Origin: Macrostomum lignano
Lineage: Eukaryota
Direction of reading: 5' to 3'
NCBI GenBank assembly: GCA_002269645.1
Contig: NIVC01001459.1
Location: 124,001-188,000, forward strand
DNA length: 64,000 nt
Part shown: positions 1 through 14,635 of the stretch, in pieces
Position numbering within the stretch: the first letter of the stretch is position 1
Layout of the letters: each line of letters starts with the position of its first letter
The notes under the pieces: generated by a model
Told to the model about the DNA's origin: nothing
Seen by the model: only the letters and a program-made list of their open reading frames with translations
Database searches by the model: none
Made by a program: the position numbers and the translations under genes

Positions 1-310
1 CATAGCTTCCATGTGGGTCATAGCTTCCATGTGGGTCATAGCTTCCATGTGGATCATAGCTTCCATGTGGGTCATAGCTTCCATGTGGGTCATAGCTTCC
101 ATGTGGATCATAGCTTCCATGTGGGTCATAGCTTCCATGTGGGTCATAACTTCCATGTGGATCATAGCTTCCATGTGGGTCATAGCTTCCATGTGGATCA
201 TAGCTTCCATGTGGATCATAGCTTCCATGTGGGTCATAGCTTCCATGTGGATCATAGCTTCCATGTGGATCATAGCTTCCATGTGGATCATAGCTTCCAT
301 GTGGGTCATG
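1..310. repeat. 18-bp minisatellite (CATAGCTTCCATGTGGGT), cut by the window edge
   Basis: About 17 near-identical units read directly; they explain ORFs 11..409 and 13..321. Confidence 0.95.
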
Positions 311-759
311 GCTTCATTTGAGTCATCGCATACGTCCGTTTGGGTCATTACTTATACATGTATCGTGATATTCTGTGTAAAGCATGGCTGGCCTTATAGT
401 TCGTGGTAAATATCAAAGGAAGCAAGTGCAAGTTTGTGCGTCGGTGAAGGACTACCAAGTCTATAGTAGATCAATTTTAATTTTCAAAATGCTGGGAAGA
501 TGCAGCGGATTATGGCTCTGGCTTATTGTTCGTCACTTTGGACTTGGGGTCCAGCTGATTAAAGAATTTGTTATACGGATAAAATATTTCTGAACCTTAG
601 TTACGCAGAAAAAAAATTAAATATAAGACAGTGAGATTAAAATAACTTTGGAATAAGATTAGAGGTCTTTGAAGCGAGAGAAGATACATTTTGAGAGAGA
701 TTAGTCGTAGCGATTAGACATCTTCGAGAGGAGATAGGATGTCTTGAAGTGAGATTAGA

Positions 760-1200
760 GATATTTGTAGCGAATTAGAAGTCTGGAACTGATATTAGAA
801 GTATTGTAGTGAGATTAGAAGTATGAAAATGAGATCGAAGATCTGGAATTAAGATTAGATATCTTTGTAGTGACATTAGAGGAGTGAAGATGAGATAGAA
901 GATCTAGAATGAGATTAGATATCTTTGTAGTGAGATTAGAAGAGTGAAAATTAGATAAAAGATCTGGAATGAGATTAGATATCTTTGTAGTGATATTAGA
1001 AGAGTGAAAATTAGATAGAAGATCTGGAATGAGATTAGATATCTTTATAGTGAGATTAGAAGAGTGAAAATGAAATAGAAGATCTGGAATGAGATTAGAT
1101 ATCTTTGCAGTGAGATAAGAGGTGTGAAAGTTAGTTAGAAGATCGTGAATGAGATTAGACATCTTTGTAGTGAGCTTAGAAGTGTGAAAATGAGGTTAGA
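760..1200. repeat. 60-bp tandem repeat (GATCTGGAATGAGATTAGATATCTTTGTAGTGAGATTAGAAGAGTGAAAA...)
   Basis: Units align line-to-line at a 60-bp period over 841-1160; edges are degenerate. Confidence 0.9.
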
Positions 1201-2061
1201 GATTTCAGAATAAGAATAGTTATCTTCGGGAGCTAAGACGAAAACTATCAGAATGTTATAGATCCTGTCAGTGAGATCTAGAAAAGAGATTAGACTAACG
1301 GAGAATGTAGATTAGAGTGGCTAGTTATGAATAGATGCTAGGAAGGTTGAAAATTCCAGTCTTGTCAAAAATCTCAAGATCGTCCATTCCAGTTCGAATT
1401 CGCCAGCGCTGAATGAATAACTGCAGTCTTAGTTAACCAGCGTACATGTAAGTCTAGTTTTTTAACGTTTTTTTACCGAATTGTTTCAATTGGACCAATG
1501 AGAAGCGAGTGGGCTGGGGTTGCGTCTGCTCCCTTCTCTCTCTGTCCCTCTATTTCTTACCTTACCCTTACTGATTTATAAGCATTTGCAAGTAGCGAAC
1601 CGACCGGTCCCAACACGACTGGCAGGGCCCGAAGTTACCACCAAAAGCTTTACTTATAACACAACTAGCTGGAATTCCCGCAGCAACCAACCAGAGACAA
1701 GCGGGACCTGCAGTCATCCACCCTCGGGAAACCTATTGAAAACTGTACAGTTAAGCGCACGTAAGGTGATTTTCTCTGTTTATCTAAGGCCAACCACTGC
1801 CAACACGAAGGACTAAGTTAACTCCTCTGCTGCCCAGCCGGCCAACCAGACCTGCGCCCCCCCCCCACTAAAATCCCTTTCCAGGTCCTAAAAAAGATTT
1901 TGACAAGGCATTTAGGTTTAGTTATAGATACTTCCCAGTACCAGTCTGCAGACAGGAAGACAGAACAACGAATTGTTAAAAGAAACGGAGGATCGGAGTT
2001 AAAGTTGACGGGCCAGCTTTAAAACTAAAAAGGTAAGATGATTGATTTTCAACTGCTTTCG

Positions 2062-2500
<439 letters not shown>

Positions 2501-2752
2501 CGGAATGCTTGTCTTATAATCTTTAATCCAGTCTTGTCGTCTGAGATTGTGAATCGACCAAATCTTCTTAGCCGCCTCCTGAATTAATAAAAATCTGAAT
2601 TAGAGACAGTCGTGGGGACACAGAAAAAATCTGCTTTTGTTGAATCAGCTGAGCACACAGCTCAGGGCCACGAGCGACGCGTGGGCTAAGACAAGTTGGA
2701 GACAGTTAAACTAAGAATGTCTACAGCACTAAATTATGCCCATCTGACCCAA

Positions 2753-4075
2753 TAGAATGGATTGCTAATCTATAGAATGGATTGCTAATCTATACAATGG
2801 ATTGCTAATCTATAGAATGTATTGCTAATCTATAGAATGGATTGCTAATCTATACAATGGATTGCTAATCTATAGAATGTATTGCTAATCTATAGAATGG
2901 ATTGCTAATCTATACAATGGATTACTAATCTATAGAATAGATTGCTAATCTATAGAATGGATTGCTAATCTATACAATGGATTGCTAATCTATAGACTGA
3001 ATTGCTAATCTATAGAATGGATTGCTAATCTATAGAATGGATTGCTAATATATACAATGGATTGCTAATCTATAGAATGGATTGCTAATCTATAGAATGG
3101 ATTGCTGATCTATAGAATAGATTGCTAATCTATAGAATGGATTGCTAATCTATAGAATGGATTGCTAATCTATAGAATGGATTGCTAATCTATAGAATGT
3201 ATTGCTAATCTATAGAATGGATTGCTAATCTATCGAATGGATTGCTAATCTATACAATGGATTGCTAATCTATAGAATAGATTGCTAATCTATAGAATGG
3301 ATTGCTAATCTATAGAATGGATTGCTAATCTATAGACTGAATTGCTAATCTATAGAATGGACTGCCAATCTATAGAATGGATTGCTAATCTATAGAATGG
3401 ATTGCTGATCTATAGAATGGATTGCTAATCTATAGAATGGATTGCTGATCTATAGAATGGATTGCTAATATATACAATGGATTGCTAATCTATAGAATGG
3501 ATTGCTAATCTATAGAATGGATTGCTAATCTATACAATGGATTGCTAATATATACAATGGATTGCTAATCTATAGAATGGATTGCTAATCTATAGAATGT
3601 ATTGCTAATCTATAGAATGGATTGCTAATCTATAGAATGGATTGCTAATCTATAGAATAGATTGCTAGTCTATAGAATGGATTGCTAATCTATACAATGG
3701 ATTGCTAATCTATAGAATGGATTGCTAGTCTATAGAATGGATTGCTAGTCTATAGAATGGATTGCTAATCTATACAATGGATTGCTAATCTATATAATGG
3801 ATTGCTAGTCTATATATAATGGATTGCTAATCTATATAATGGATTGCTAATCTATACAATGGATTGCTAATCTATATAATGGATTGCTAGTCTATATATA
3901 ATGGATTGCTAATCTATAGAATGGATTGCTAATCTATAGAATGGATTGCTAATCTATAGAATGGATTGCTACTCTATACAATGGATTGCTAATCTATAGA
4001 ATGGATTGCTACTCTATACAATGGATTGCTAATCTATAGACTGGATTGCTAGTCTATAGAATGGATTGCTAATCT
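2753..4075 (+). repeat. 20-bp minisatellite family A (ATAGAATGGATTGCTAATCT), array 1
   Basis: Direct reading, 20-bp period. Confidence 0.97.
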
Positions 4076-5259
4076 GATGAAACCCAAAAGTAGCGCTCTC
4101 TTGACACTCAAATGTACTTAGAGAAACCGATTATTCCTTTTCAAAGCAGTCTTCAAAATTATCCAATTTTGTCTAAACCCGCAACAGACTGCCAAAAAAG
4201 ACGTTAGTAAAGTATATTGCGTTTAAAAAGACCGCAGAAGGCCATATTACACAATACCAGCTATTATACGCAGTACATCTTATAAATGCTTGTAAGTCCG
4301 GAAAATTCAGACAAGCAGAAGCCGACCCCCCTCCCAACTCTCTCACCTGCATGCTTCCTCTTTTCCTTTCTGTCCCGATAGAAATTTCCTTTATAAAGCC
4401 AAACAGCTCGTGGAGATGGCGAGAAGGGGAGAGACAGAGAGGGAGGCAGGAAGAGTGGCCCTAGCTGCCGGCCCAGTGACTGTCACCTCACGTGTTTTTT
4501 TCACAAGCCAACGGTGTGAAAATTGGTGTTGTGCAATTATAAAAAAATTCTATAATTAACAAGAAGAAACAGGCGCGCGTGACTCTCGCATCGCGAGCCT
4601 TGGTTCGATTCCACATTAATTTGGACTGTACATCCTGTGTGAGCGTGTGTACAGTATTGGCGCAATGAATGCGCAACACCCGGCCAGTATATCGCAAAAA
4701 TGCCCACCTGAAAAATACGAAAGTATTATTAATTAGATGACGAGGCATTTAACCTTAATAGTACAGTTATTATTACTCCTGCCGTTCACCCGAAATTACG
4801 TTAATTTTTGCGGTTTCTTTTGTAGGTAAGTCGCAATTTTGGTCCTGGCCAGGAGTCAGGAGTCAGCGTAATGTGCAGAATTGCCATCAGCATTTATTTA
4901 TTTAGTAACGTAGATCCGTAAAATCTAAAATTTGAAACTCTGTCTCCAATCAGCATATGCGGTTTAGCAGCTGTTTCCAATAAATCATCTTTTTTGCTGG
5001 TTTGCGTTTCCATTTCTACGCCTAATTTGACCTTGTAATGCACTTTGCACAACTAGAACGCTTCTGTTCTGTCCGAATGGCCATATCTCTATACAATACC
5101 AATGCTTGTTGTGGAATTTAGAGCTTAGAAGGAAGGGCATGCATCATCTATGCATGGCTTAGAAGTTTTAGAAGCTTCGTGTATTTTATAAGCTGGATTT
5201 TTCCTCGGCTAAGCCCGATACTCGTGACTTCATTTGAACTTGGTAACGTCAGTAAGTTC

Positions 5260-5590
5260 GACAATTTATAAGCTCGATAACTTCATTAACCTCGGTATTT
5301 TATAAGCTCGATAACTTCATTAAGCTCGGTATTTTATAGTTCGATATTTCATCAAGCTCGATAGTTTATAAGCTCAATTATTTCATTAAGCTCGATAGTT
5401 CATCAAGCTCGATAGTTTATAAGCTCAATTATTTCATTAAGCTCGATAGTTCATCAAGCTCGATAGTTTATAAGCTCAATTATTTCATTAAGCTCAATAA
5501 CTTCATTACGTTCGATAACCTCATTAAGCTCGATAGCTTCATTAAGCTCGATAACTTCATTAAGCTCGATAACTTCATTAAACTCGATGT
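5260..5590. repeat. ~17-bp degenerate repeat (TTCATTAAGCTCGATA) with a 51-bp higher-order unit
   Basis: ATCAAGCTCG recurs at 5351, 5402 and 5453. Confidence 0.85.
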
Positions 5591-6349
5591 TTTATAAGCT
5601 CATTTTTTACTTAGCCCAAAGTTATACATAATTGAAGACGTCAAAAATTATTTCCCTTGAAATTGACAATTTTATAAATTTAAAAGTTGCTAAACTTTGT
5701 TTTTATGCACATTCGTTCTAGCCGCTAACTAGTTTAAGTTTCAAAGCGCACATATATGCCCATAGCAAACCTTAATACACTACAGTAGCTATATAAGCCT
5801 TTTTGATTTGCACTAGAAATATAAATGCATACACACGTACATATGTGCACAACTTTCAGATAAGGAAACTTCTTGAACATGTTATTACTTCCGTTGATAA
5901 GGGACTTTGAGAGTTTGCATTTAGAATTGCTCTTACTGCCCTTACCTATAGCAGCTAAATGTTTACATTGTCTACAGTTTGGGAAGAACGCTAGGAGGAA
6001 CCAAATGTTTCTGACAGCTAGCGCTGACGTGGGTTTGAGTAGGGTGCTCAGGAGTCAAGGTTCAGATAACGTAGCAAAGATAAATCACAAAACGCGAGCG
6101 AGTTTAGAGTCACCCCAGCCCTCTCTGTTGACTTCCGAATTCAATCAGGTTAGTTAGCCGAGCTGTCACTTCTGAATCTTCCAAACTTCCTCAAACCTGT
6201 AGGAAAATTTGTTTGACTCCGTTGGGAAACCCTGATGTTACTGTAGGAGCTAGAATTGACTCATTCTATTGATTCAAGACTGGTTCTGTTCAAACACGAT
6301 TGAGCTGCATTGCGTCGGAAAGTGATTGTTAAGCAACCAGATCAACATA

Positions 6350-6772
6350 CTGGATTGCTAATCTATACGCGCGTAGAATCGATTTCTAATCTATACAATG
6401 GATTGCTAATCTATAGAATGGATTGCTAATCTATACAATGGATTGCTAATCTATAGAATGGATTGCTAATCTATACAATGGATTGCTAATCTATAGAATG
6501 GATTGCTAATCTATACAATGGATTGCTAATCTATAGAATGGATTGCTAATCTATACAATGGATTGCTAATCTATAGAATGGATTGCTAATCTATACAATG
6601 GATTGCTAACCTATAGAATGGAATGCTAATCTATAGAATGGATTGCTAATCTATGAAAAAGATTGCTAATCTATAGAATGGATTGCTAATCTATAGAATG
6701 GATTGCTAATCTATAGAATGGATTGCTAATCTATACAATGGATTGCTAACCTATAGAATCGATTGCTAATCC
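6350..6772 (+). repeat. 20-bp minisatellite family A, array 2
   Basis: Same unit as 2753-4075. Confidence 0.95.
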
Positions 6773-7764
6773 ATTGCACATGTATAATACTGTAAAAGTC
6801 AATTAGACGCAATCTTCATATTCCAATGAGATTATCCAAATTAACGAGCTCCGCAATAATGAGTCGATAAATGCAAAGTCACAAGCCTATTATAACTCCA
6901 GCAATAACTGAGCTTTTCAGTTTCTAGTCAGGTTAAAGGAGAACAGTTGATTTCCACTATCAAGGTCACACACACAGTCACTTCACTCAGACCAAAAGCA
7001 AAAATGCAAATGCTAGAGAAAATAGTGTGTTAGTGCATGTTTTGCTTCCAGTAAGCATTTGCCGTAAAACACAGACTTAGATATCGTGTTTCCCTGGTGT
7101 GTCCCTAATTGCTTTGACCTGTTGAATATTAACCCTAAATTAACGAAGAATTTAAGGTCAATTCGTGACTTTGTTAGCCCCGTAGTTGTTTAGCGGATTG
7201 CATAATAACCGACAAATTTCTATATATCTTTTTTCAACAAAGTTTATATTTAAACAAATTTTACGTTTTGACATTGACACCCCTGAAAAAAGATTATTTT
7301 TCCAATCTATCACTCAAAGACTTAAATTAGATATCTCTGTGACAGGTTATACCCGTCTTTATCAGATTAAAAGAGATTTTCAGATAACTGCAGAGCTAGA
7401 AGGGGATCACGGAATGGATGACGCTTTTATAAAATTGTTCCGCGTGGCAACCGAATGCCACACAGGATTAGGGGCAAACAGAAGAAAAAATGAAAATAGT
7501 GACTGTGGGGAGGAAACCGTTGATCAGTTATCAAGTGTAGAAATCAAAATTTTGTCTTTTAAATTTGAAACCAAAATCGAAAATCAAGCAGAATATCTTT
7601 AACGGCTTTTTTAATGTGAGGCCTCCGAGGGAGAAAGACAGGATGGGTAGTTCAAGGGTTTTGGGATGAGGCATGGGGTGACAGCAAGGAGAGAGCGTGA
7701 GAAAAGGGGGAAGGAGACGGAGTTTGAAAAGAGAGTAAGTCAGCAGAGACATGGAAAATAGGAA

Positions 7765-8322
7765 ATGAGAGAGGAATGGAGAGAAAGAAGGAGAGGAAGG
7801 GAGAAGGAGAGGAAGAGGGAGAGAGAGAGAAAGGGAGAGAGAGAAAGAGAGAGAGAAAGGGAGAGAGAGAGGAATGGAGATTGGAGAGAGGAAGGGAGAG
7901 AGAGAGAGAAAGAGAGAGAGAGAAAGGGAGAGAGAGAAAGAGAGAGAGAGAAAGGGAGAGAGAGAAAGAGAGAGAGAGAAAGGGAGAGAGAGAAAGAGAG
8001 AGAGAGAAAGGGAGAGAGAGAAAGAGAGAGAGAAAGGGAGAGAGAGAGGAATGGAGATTGGAGAGAGGAAGGGAGAGAGAGAGAAAGAGAGAGAGAGAAA
8101 GAGAGAAAGAAAGGGAGAGAGAGAGAAAGGGAGAGAGAGAGAAAGGGAGAGAGATAAAGAGAGAGAGAGAAAGGGAGAGAGAGAAAGAGAGAGAAAGGGA
8201 GAGAGAGAGGAATGGAGATTGGAGAGAGGAAGGGAGAGAGAGAGAAAGAGAGAGAGAGAAAGAGAGAAAGAAAGGGAGAGAGAGAGAAAGGGAGAGAGAG
8301 AGAGGAAGGGAGAGAGAGAGAA

Positions 8323-8355
<33 letters not shown>

Positions 8356-8700
8356 AAGAGAGAGAGGAAGGGAGAGAGAGAGGAAGGGAGAGAGAGAGAA
8401 AGAGAGAGAGAGAGAGAAAGAGAGAGAGGAAGGGAGAGAGAGAGGAAGGGAGAGAGAGAGAAAGAGAGAGAGAGAGAGAAAGAGAGAGAGGAAGGGAGAG
8501 AGAGAAAGAGAGAGAGAGAGAGAAAGAGAGAGAGGAAGGGAGAGAGAGAGGAAGGGAGAGAGAGAGAAAGAGAGAGAGAGAGAGAAAGAGAGAGAGGAAG
8601 GGAGAGAGAGAAAGAGAGAGAGAGAGAGAAAGAGAGAGAGGAAGGGAGAGAGAGAAAGGGAGAGAGAGAGAGAGAAAGAGAGAGAGGAAGGGAGAGAGAG
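7765..8700. repeat. GA-rich polypurine low-complexity tract
   Basis: (GA)n with AAG/GGG interruptions; source of the ERER/LSLS ORFs. Confidence 0.95.
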
Positions 8701-9781
8701 AGGACTTTTGACTTGACTCAGCTGCAGAGGGCATCATCCGGTGGATGCAGCGAGGAGGCGGAGGAGACCGCCCATTCCGCTGGCCCCTGGAGACCAATGA
8801 CTTCCGTCGAAGCGATGTCGCTCAGGGGGACCCGTCGGTCTCGCCCGCAGCGCGGTCCTCCTCACCGGCGGTGGGGAAGAACTCAGCTCGTCCCATGTCC
8901 CTGAGAGAGGAAGGGAGACAGTGAGATGGCTAGACAGACTGATAGAAGAGGAGAGCAAGTAAGATAGAGGTCACATGAAGGTCACAATGGAGTGCCGCGG
9001 CAGAGCAAAGACAAAAGCCAAGCAATCAGCACACTGGCAAACACGTCCAAACTCTCCTCGCTTAGAGCAGAATAAGCTCTAGAAGCAGAAATTTGACTCG
9101 AAGAAGAAAAAAGAATTCTGTGTTTGGAGAGTAAAATAATGAGAAATGAGGCTGGGACCGGGGTTCGATCCTTTCCGGAGGGTTCTCAACGTTTGAGCTT
9201 GAGCCCAGACCCCGGCATATTACTATGGTCAGCCTTAATTCCCAAGGCGGGAAAACTTCCTCTTGGGTAGCGGCGAGATTATCCCCGTATCGACTGAAAC
9301 TATCCATGTGTACAGTATTTTCACTAAGCAGTCTCAGTTACTAAGAGTCAGTTTACTCACTCGCGCCATCTTCCTTTTTTGCTTCTTTTCGACAACAAGT
9401 TATACGAGAGTACGGCTATGCTGACTTTTTTATCCAATGCCATGTGATTAGGGGCGCAGCCGGAGATCCCCTGCGGGTTGGGGGGTCTGAGATGGGATCC
9501 AAATCCTACGCAGTGCTTCAACCCCAGCAGCTCCGACTACAGATGATTATGCTGATGAAAGTGCATCGCATAGAGTTTGAAAATATTCTTGACTTCGAGT
9601 TGAGTTTCCGTTACTCAGCCAAGCGAGGATTAGCGAACGGGACGGGTGGCTTGTCTAGACTGTTGCTATGCGGTTGCCATGCGATCTTTTCGTTGGTTCC
9701 GGCTGCTGCAGCTGGCATTGCTGGGCTAGTGTGAGAACTGTTCTGCAATCTATCTGAAAGCCTATCTATGATATAAATTGC

Positions 9782-10305
9782 TATAGAATGGATTGCTAAT
9801 CTATAGAATGGATTGCTAATCTATAGAATGGATTGACAATCTATAGAATGGATTGCTAATCTATCGAATGGATTGCTAATCTATAGAATGGATTTACAAT
9901 CTATAGAATGGATTGCTAATCTATATAATGGATTGCTAATCTATATAATGGATTGCTAATCTATATAATGGATTGCTAATCTATAGAATAGATTGCTAAT
10001 CTATAGAATCGATTTCTAATCAATAGAATGGATTGCTAATCTATAGAATGGGTTGCTAATATATAGAATGGATTGCTAATCTATAGAATGGATTGCTAAT
10101 CTATAGAATAGATTGCTAATCTATAGAATCGATTTCTAATCTATAGAATCGATTGCTAATCTATAGAATTAATTTCTAATCTATAGAATAGATTGCTAAT
10201 CTATGCAATGGATTGCTAATCTATAGAATGGATTGCTAATCTATATAATGGATTGCTGATCCATAGAATGGATTGCTAATCGATATACTGGATGGCTAAT
10301 ATATA
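9782..10305 (+). repeat. 20-bp minisatellite family A, array 3
   Basis: Same unit as 2753-4075. Confidence 0.95.
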
Positions 10306-10854
10306 GCATATGTATTAAACAATGTATTTCGTACATCGAACGTTGCTTCATAACATCTGGTATCCTACAAGTTCGCATACAAGCGTGTACTTGTATACTA
10401 ATGCATCGTGTCAGCTTTATGACTCTCTAATGCGCAGTTCCATAAATTTGAAGCTTCGGTTCATTAGTATAGTAGTATGCTAGTAGCACAGCTAAAGTCC
10501 TCGGTCAATATACTACTCCCCATGACAAAAGGAATCCCGAGTGCACCAGGTGCGTCTTGCAGCTGTCAGACGCATTGACTTGACTATCTGACACTCAAGT
10601 ACTCATAAGTTGTTGAGTTTTGCTGCTAGGAGGATTACGGCTAGGGAAGTGTGTACAGTCCACGACGTGCCAAGTTTGTTAAACTTTTACTCTCTCTTAC
10701 GCTGTTTAGGTCCAGTTCGTGAATTTATTCGTTTCAGACTTGTAGGGAAATTTTTGACAGATAAAATTTATTTGGTAGGTTACGGATGAGATTTTCTTTA
10801 GTAAAATTATTTTTTTGCTTGAGTTAAAATACCTTAAGGTAAAGACGACGTGAG

Positions 10855-11695
10855 GAGAGGAAGAGAGGGAGAGGTAGAGAGGGCAATGGTAAAGAGGGGA
10901 GAGGTGGGGTGAAGAGGGAGAGGGAGACAGGGAGAGAGAGAGGGGGAGGGAGAGAGGAGGGAGGTAGAGAGGGGGGGTAAAAAGGGAGAGGTAGAGAAGG
11001 AAGAGGTAGATGGGTAGAGAGAGGAGAGGTAGAGAGGGGAGAGAGGGGAGAGGTAGAGAGGGGAGAGGTAGAGTGGGGACAGAGGGGATAGGTAGAGAGA
11101 GAGAGGTAGAGAGGGGAGAGAGGGGATAGGTAGAGAGAGGAGAGGTAGAGAGGGGAGAGAGGGGAGAGGTAGAGAGGGGAGAGAGGGGAGAGGTAGAGAG
11201 GGGAGAGAGGGGAGAGGTAGAGAGGGAAGAGAGGGGATAGGTAGAGAGAGGAGAGGTAGAGAGGGAACAGAGGGGAGAGGTAGAGAGGGGACAGAGGGGA
11301 GAGGTAGAGAGGGGAGAGAGGGGAGAGGTAGAGAGGGGACAGAGGGGAGAGGTAGAGAGGGGAGAGAGGGAGAGGTAGAGAGGGGAGAGAGGGGAGAGGT
11401 AGAGAGGGGACAGAGGGGAGAGGTAGAGAGGGGAGAGAGGGGAGAGGTAGAGAGGGGAGAGAGGGAGAGGTAGAGAGGGGACAGAGGGAGAGGTAGAGAG
11501 GGGAGAGAGGGAGAGAGAGAGGGGGAGAGGGGAGAGGTAGAGAGGGGAGAGAGGGAGAGGTAGAGAGGGAGAGGGGAGAGGTAGAGAGGGGAGAGAGGGG
11601 AGAGGTAGAGAGGGGAGAGAGGGGAGAGGTAGAGAGAGGAGAGGGGAGAGGTAGAGAGGGAAGGTAGAGAGTGAGAGAAGGGAGGGAAGAAGAGT
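10855..11695. repeat. G/A-rich ~19-bp repeat (GGTAGAGAGGGGAGAGAGG)
   Basis: Direct reading. Confidence 0.9.
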
Positions 11696-12199
11696 GATGT
11701 ATTAATGACAGACAGGCAGACTGGTTGATATTCCTGAAGTCAATATAAAAAATATTTGAGATGTGCTCAGAAACTTATCACGCTTTGCCAAATATATTTT
11801 CTATATTAGGGCAACCTTAAAGTATTTTCAATAATGCAAGTGCAGGACAGCCAATTCTCGTGAATAAGCTGTTGCAAAATTGTAATTCAAGTCTTCTTTA
11901 TCAGCTCGTCAAGAGAGCCAATTTTTTTGGGCGTCTTATTTGGCCTCGAAAGAGAAGATTCGGTGGGAGAGAGGGAGAGAGGGAGAGAGAGGAAGAGACA
12001 ACGAATTCGAACGATTGGAAACGACTCAAATTTCAGGCGTGGTGCTTCTTCCACCGATAAGCCAGTATTCCCATGCCTGGTGGTCACCAATAGCCTTTTT
12101 ATTGCTTACCAAGTTATTTAAGTACACATGCCAAATGCTTCTGCTTCCGAGTTTCTCTCTTAAAACTAATGGAAAAGACATTTGAGAATGAGTACTACA

Positions 12200-12790
12200 T
12201 GACCTTCCTTCTTACCCTCTCTCCCTTCTCTCTACGTACTCTACTCTCCCTCTACTTTCTCTCCCCTCTCCCCTCTACCCTCTCTTCCTTCTCCCTCAAC
12301 CCTCTCTTCCCTCTCCCCTCCCTCTCCCCTCTTCCCATTCCTCCTGCACTCTCTCCCTTTTCCCGATTCCTTCTACCCTTTCTCTCTACTCCCCATTCCT
12401 TCTTTTGTAAAGCAGGAGACGGAGATTTTAATGGATTTTTCTCTTGCATTCTTATAATGATTTTCCACTTTCATCTCCCCTCTCATCTCCCCCTCTCATC
12501 TCCCCTCTCATCTCCCCCGTCTCATCTCCCCCTCTCATCTCACCTCTCATCTCCCCCTCTCCCCCTCTCACCCTCCCTTTCTCTCTACTCCCCATTCCTT
12601 ATACCCTTTTTCCCTATTCCACATTCCTTCTACCCTTTCTCCCTATTCCACATTCCTTCTACCCTTTCTCCCTATTCCCCATTCCTTCTACCCTTTCTCC
12701 CTACTCCCCATTCCTTCTACTCTCTCTCTCCCCCTCTACCCTCTATATGCCTTCTTCCCTGTATCTACTCCTCTCTGTCACTTTTTTCTT
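12200..12790. repeat. CT-rich polypyrimidine tract
   Basis: Direct reading. Confidence 0.9.
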
Positions 12791-13191
12791 TCTCACTATC
12801 GCATGAATAGCGCACTTCACTCAGTTGAACTGGCACTCAGTTGAGCAGTTAGCAGTTTCTCTCTATATACTTCTTCAACCTCACACCCGCCCACACGGGT
12901 CTCTTTTGCAGCAACATCAATGCAGTTTAGCTGTTCTACTCAGAAAAATGCATTGAATCAGCAGTTTTTTACAGAGGTTTTATAAAAGCTTTTCATCAAC
13001 TTTGGAGGTTTATTAATAATGAATAGCACCGCTCTGAGAGTATGGATGCTAATTTTATGCTAATTTTATCGTAGAGGCGACGGGCTAGCAGAATTGGTTG
13101 TGTGAAAATGTTGGGAAGAAAACTAAGAATGATTCAGCATGAAGCCAAGATGGTAACTGAGACGGTCTTAGCGTCGTAGTGGCCTTGGTGT

Positions 13192-14100
13192 CATGGTGTC
13201 TTGGTGTCTTGGTGCCTTGGTGTCTTGGTGTCTTGGTGTCTTGGTGCCTTGGTGTCTTGGTGCCTTGGTGTCTTGGTGCCTTGGTGTCTTAGTGTCTTAG
13301 TGTCTTGGTGTCTTGGTGTCTTGGTGTCTTAGTGTCTTAGTGTCTTGGTGTCTTGGTGTCTTGGTGTCTTAGTGTCTTAGTGTCTTAGTGTCTTGGTGTC
13401 TTGGTGTCTTAGTGTCTTAGTGTCTTAGTGTCTTAGTGTCTTGGTGTCTTGGTGCCTTGGTGTCTTGGTGCCTTGGTGTCTTGGTGTCTTAGTGTCTTAG
13501 TGTCTTGGTGTCTTGGTGTCTTGGTGTCTTAGTGTCTTAGTGTCTTGGTGTCTTGGTGTCTTAGTGTCTTGGTGTCTTGGTGCCTTGGTGTCTTGGTGCC
13601 TTGGTGTCTTGGTGCCTTGGTGTCTTAGTGTCTTAGTGTCTTGGTGTCTTGGTGTCTTGGTGTCTTAGTGTCTTAGTGTCTTGGTGTCTTGGTGTCTTGG
13701 TGTCTTGGTGTCTTAGTGTCTTAGTGTCTTGGTGTCTTGGTGTCTTAGTGTCTTAGTGTCTTAGTGTCTTAGTGTCTTGGTGTCTTGGTGCCTTGGTGTC
13801 TTGGTGCCTTGGTGTCTTGGTGCCTTGGTGTCTTAGTGTCTTAGTGTCTTGGTGTCTTGGTGTCTTGGTGTCTTAGTGTCTTAGTGTCTTGGTGTCTTGG
13901 TGTCTTAGTGTCTTAGTGTCTTAGTGTCTTAGTGTCTTGGTGTCTTGGTGTCTTAGTGTCTTAGTGTCTTAGTGTCTTAGTGTCTTGGTGTCTTGGTGTC
14001 TTAGTGTCTTAGTGTCTTAGTGTCTTAGTGTCTTGGTGTCTTGGTGTCTTGGTGTCTTGATGTCTTGGTGTCTTGATGTCTTAGTGTCTTAGTGTCTTAA
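13192..14100. repeat. 8-bp minisatellite (TCTTGGTG / TCTTAGTG / CCTTGGTG variants)
   Basis: Direct reading. Confidence 0.95.
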
Positions 14101-14635
14101 TGTCTGTCTTAGTATCTTAATGTCTGTCTTAGTGTCGTAATGCCTAGGTGTGTCTGTGTATCTGTCTTAGTGTCTTAACATATTAGGTGTTTATCTTCGT
14201 GTCTGGGTGTGTGTGTGTTAGTATCATTGTGACTTTCGCATCTTAGTAGTTTGTGTTGCACAGTATCATTGCTGCAGATGAGAGCTATAATAATCTGTTC
14301 GCATGCGCTTCATATTTGAAGATTAATGCGTGTCATTTATTTAGCCCGAAGTAGTCAGGCCATGCTGGCGCGGTCTTAGCCGAATAATTGAGAGGTCTGG
14401 CGCGATGTGTTCTGATTTTGCCTGGATTAGCCCTGTAAATAGAGAGAAGAAGAGTGTTGAACTTGGAAGGGGGGTTGTTGGCGTGGGCTAGCGTCAGTGT
14501 CGATTTCTCTCGCTCGCACGCCTGTGACAAGGAGTTCTTAAACGAGAAATCTGGAGTGCCACTCCATAAAATTTGATCTCTTTAACAAGTATCAGTTCTT
14601 ACCGAACTGAAGTTAACAGTCAGGAGGTCCTACAG

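Noticed and set aside
7186-7602. 138-aa AT-rich ORF
   Set aside because: TTG start, no recognisable motif and no convincing splice sites; cannot be supported without a homology search.
7652-8904. ERER/LSLS ORFs of 130-381 aa, and similar ones at 2038-2587, 12169-12810, 14707-15600 and 46305-46868
   Set aside because: Translations of microsatellite or low-complexity tracts.
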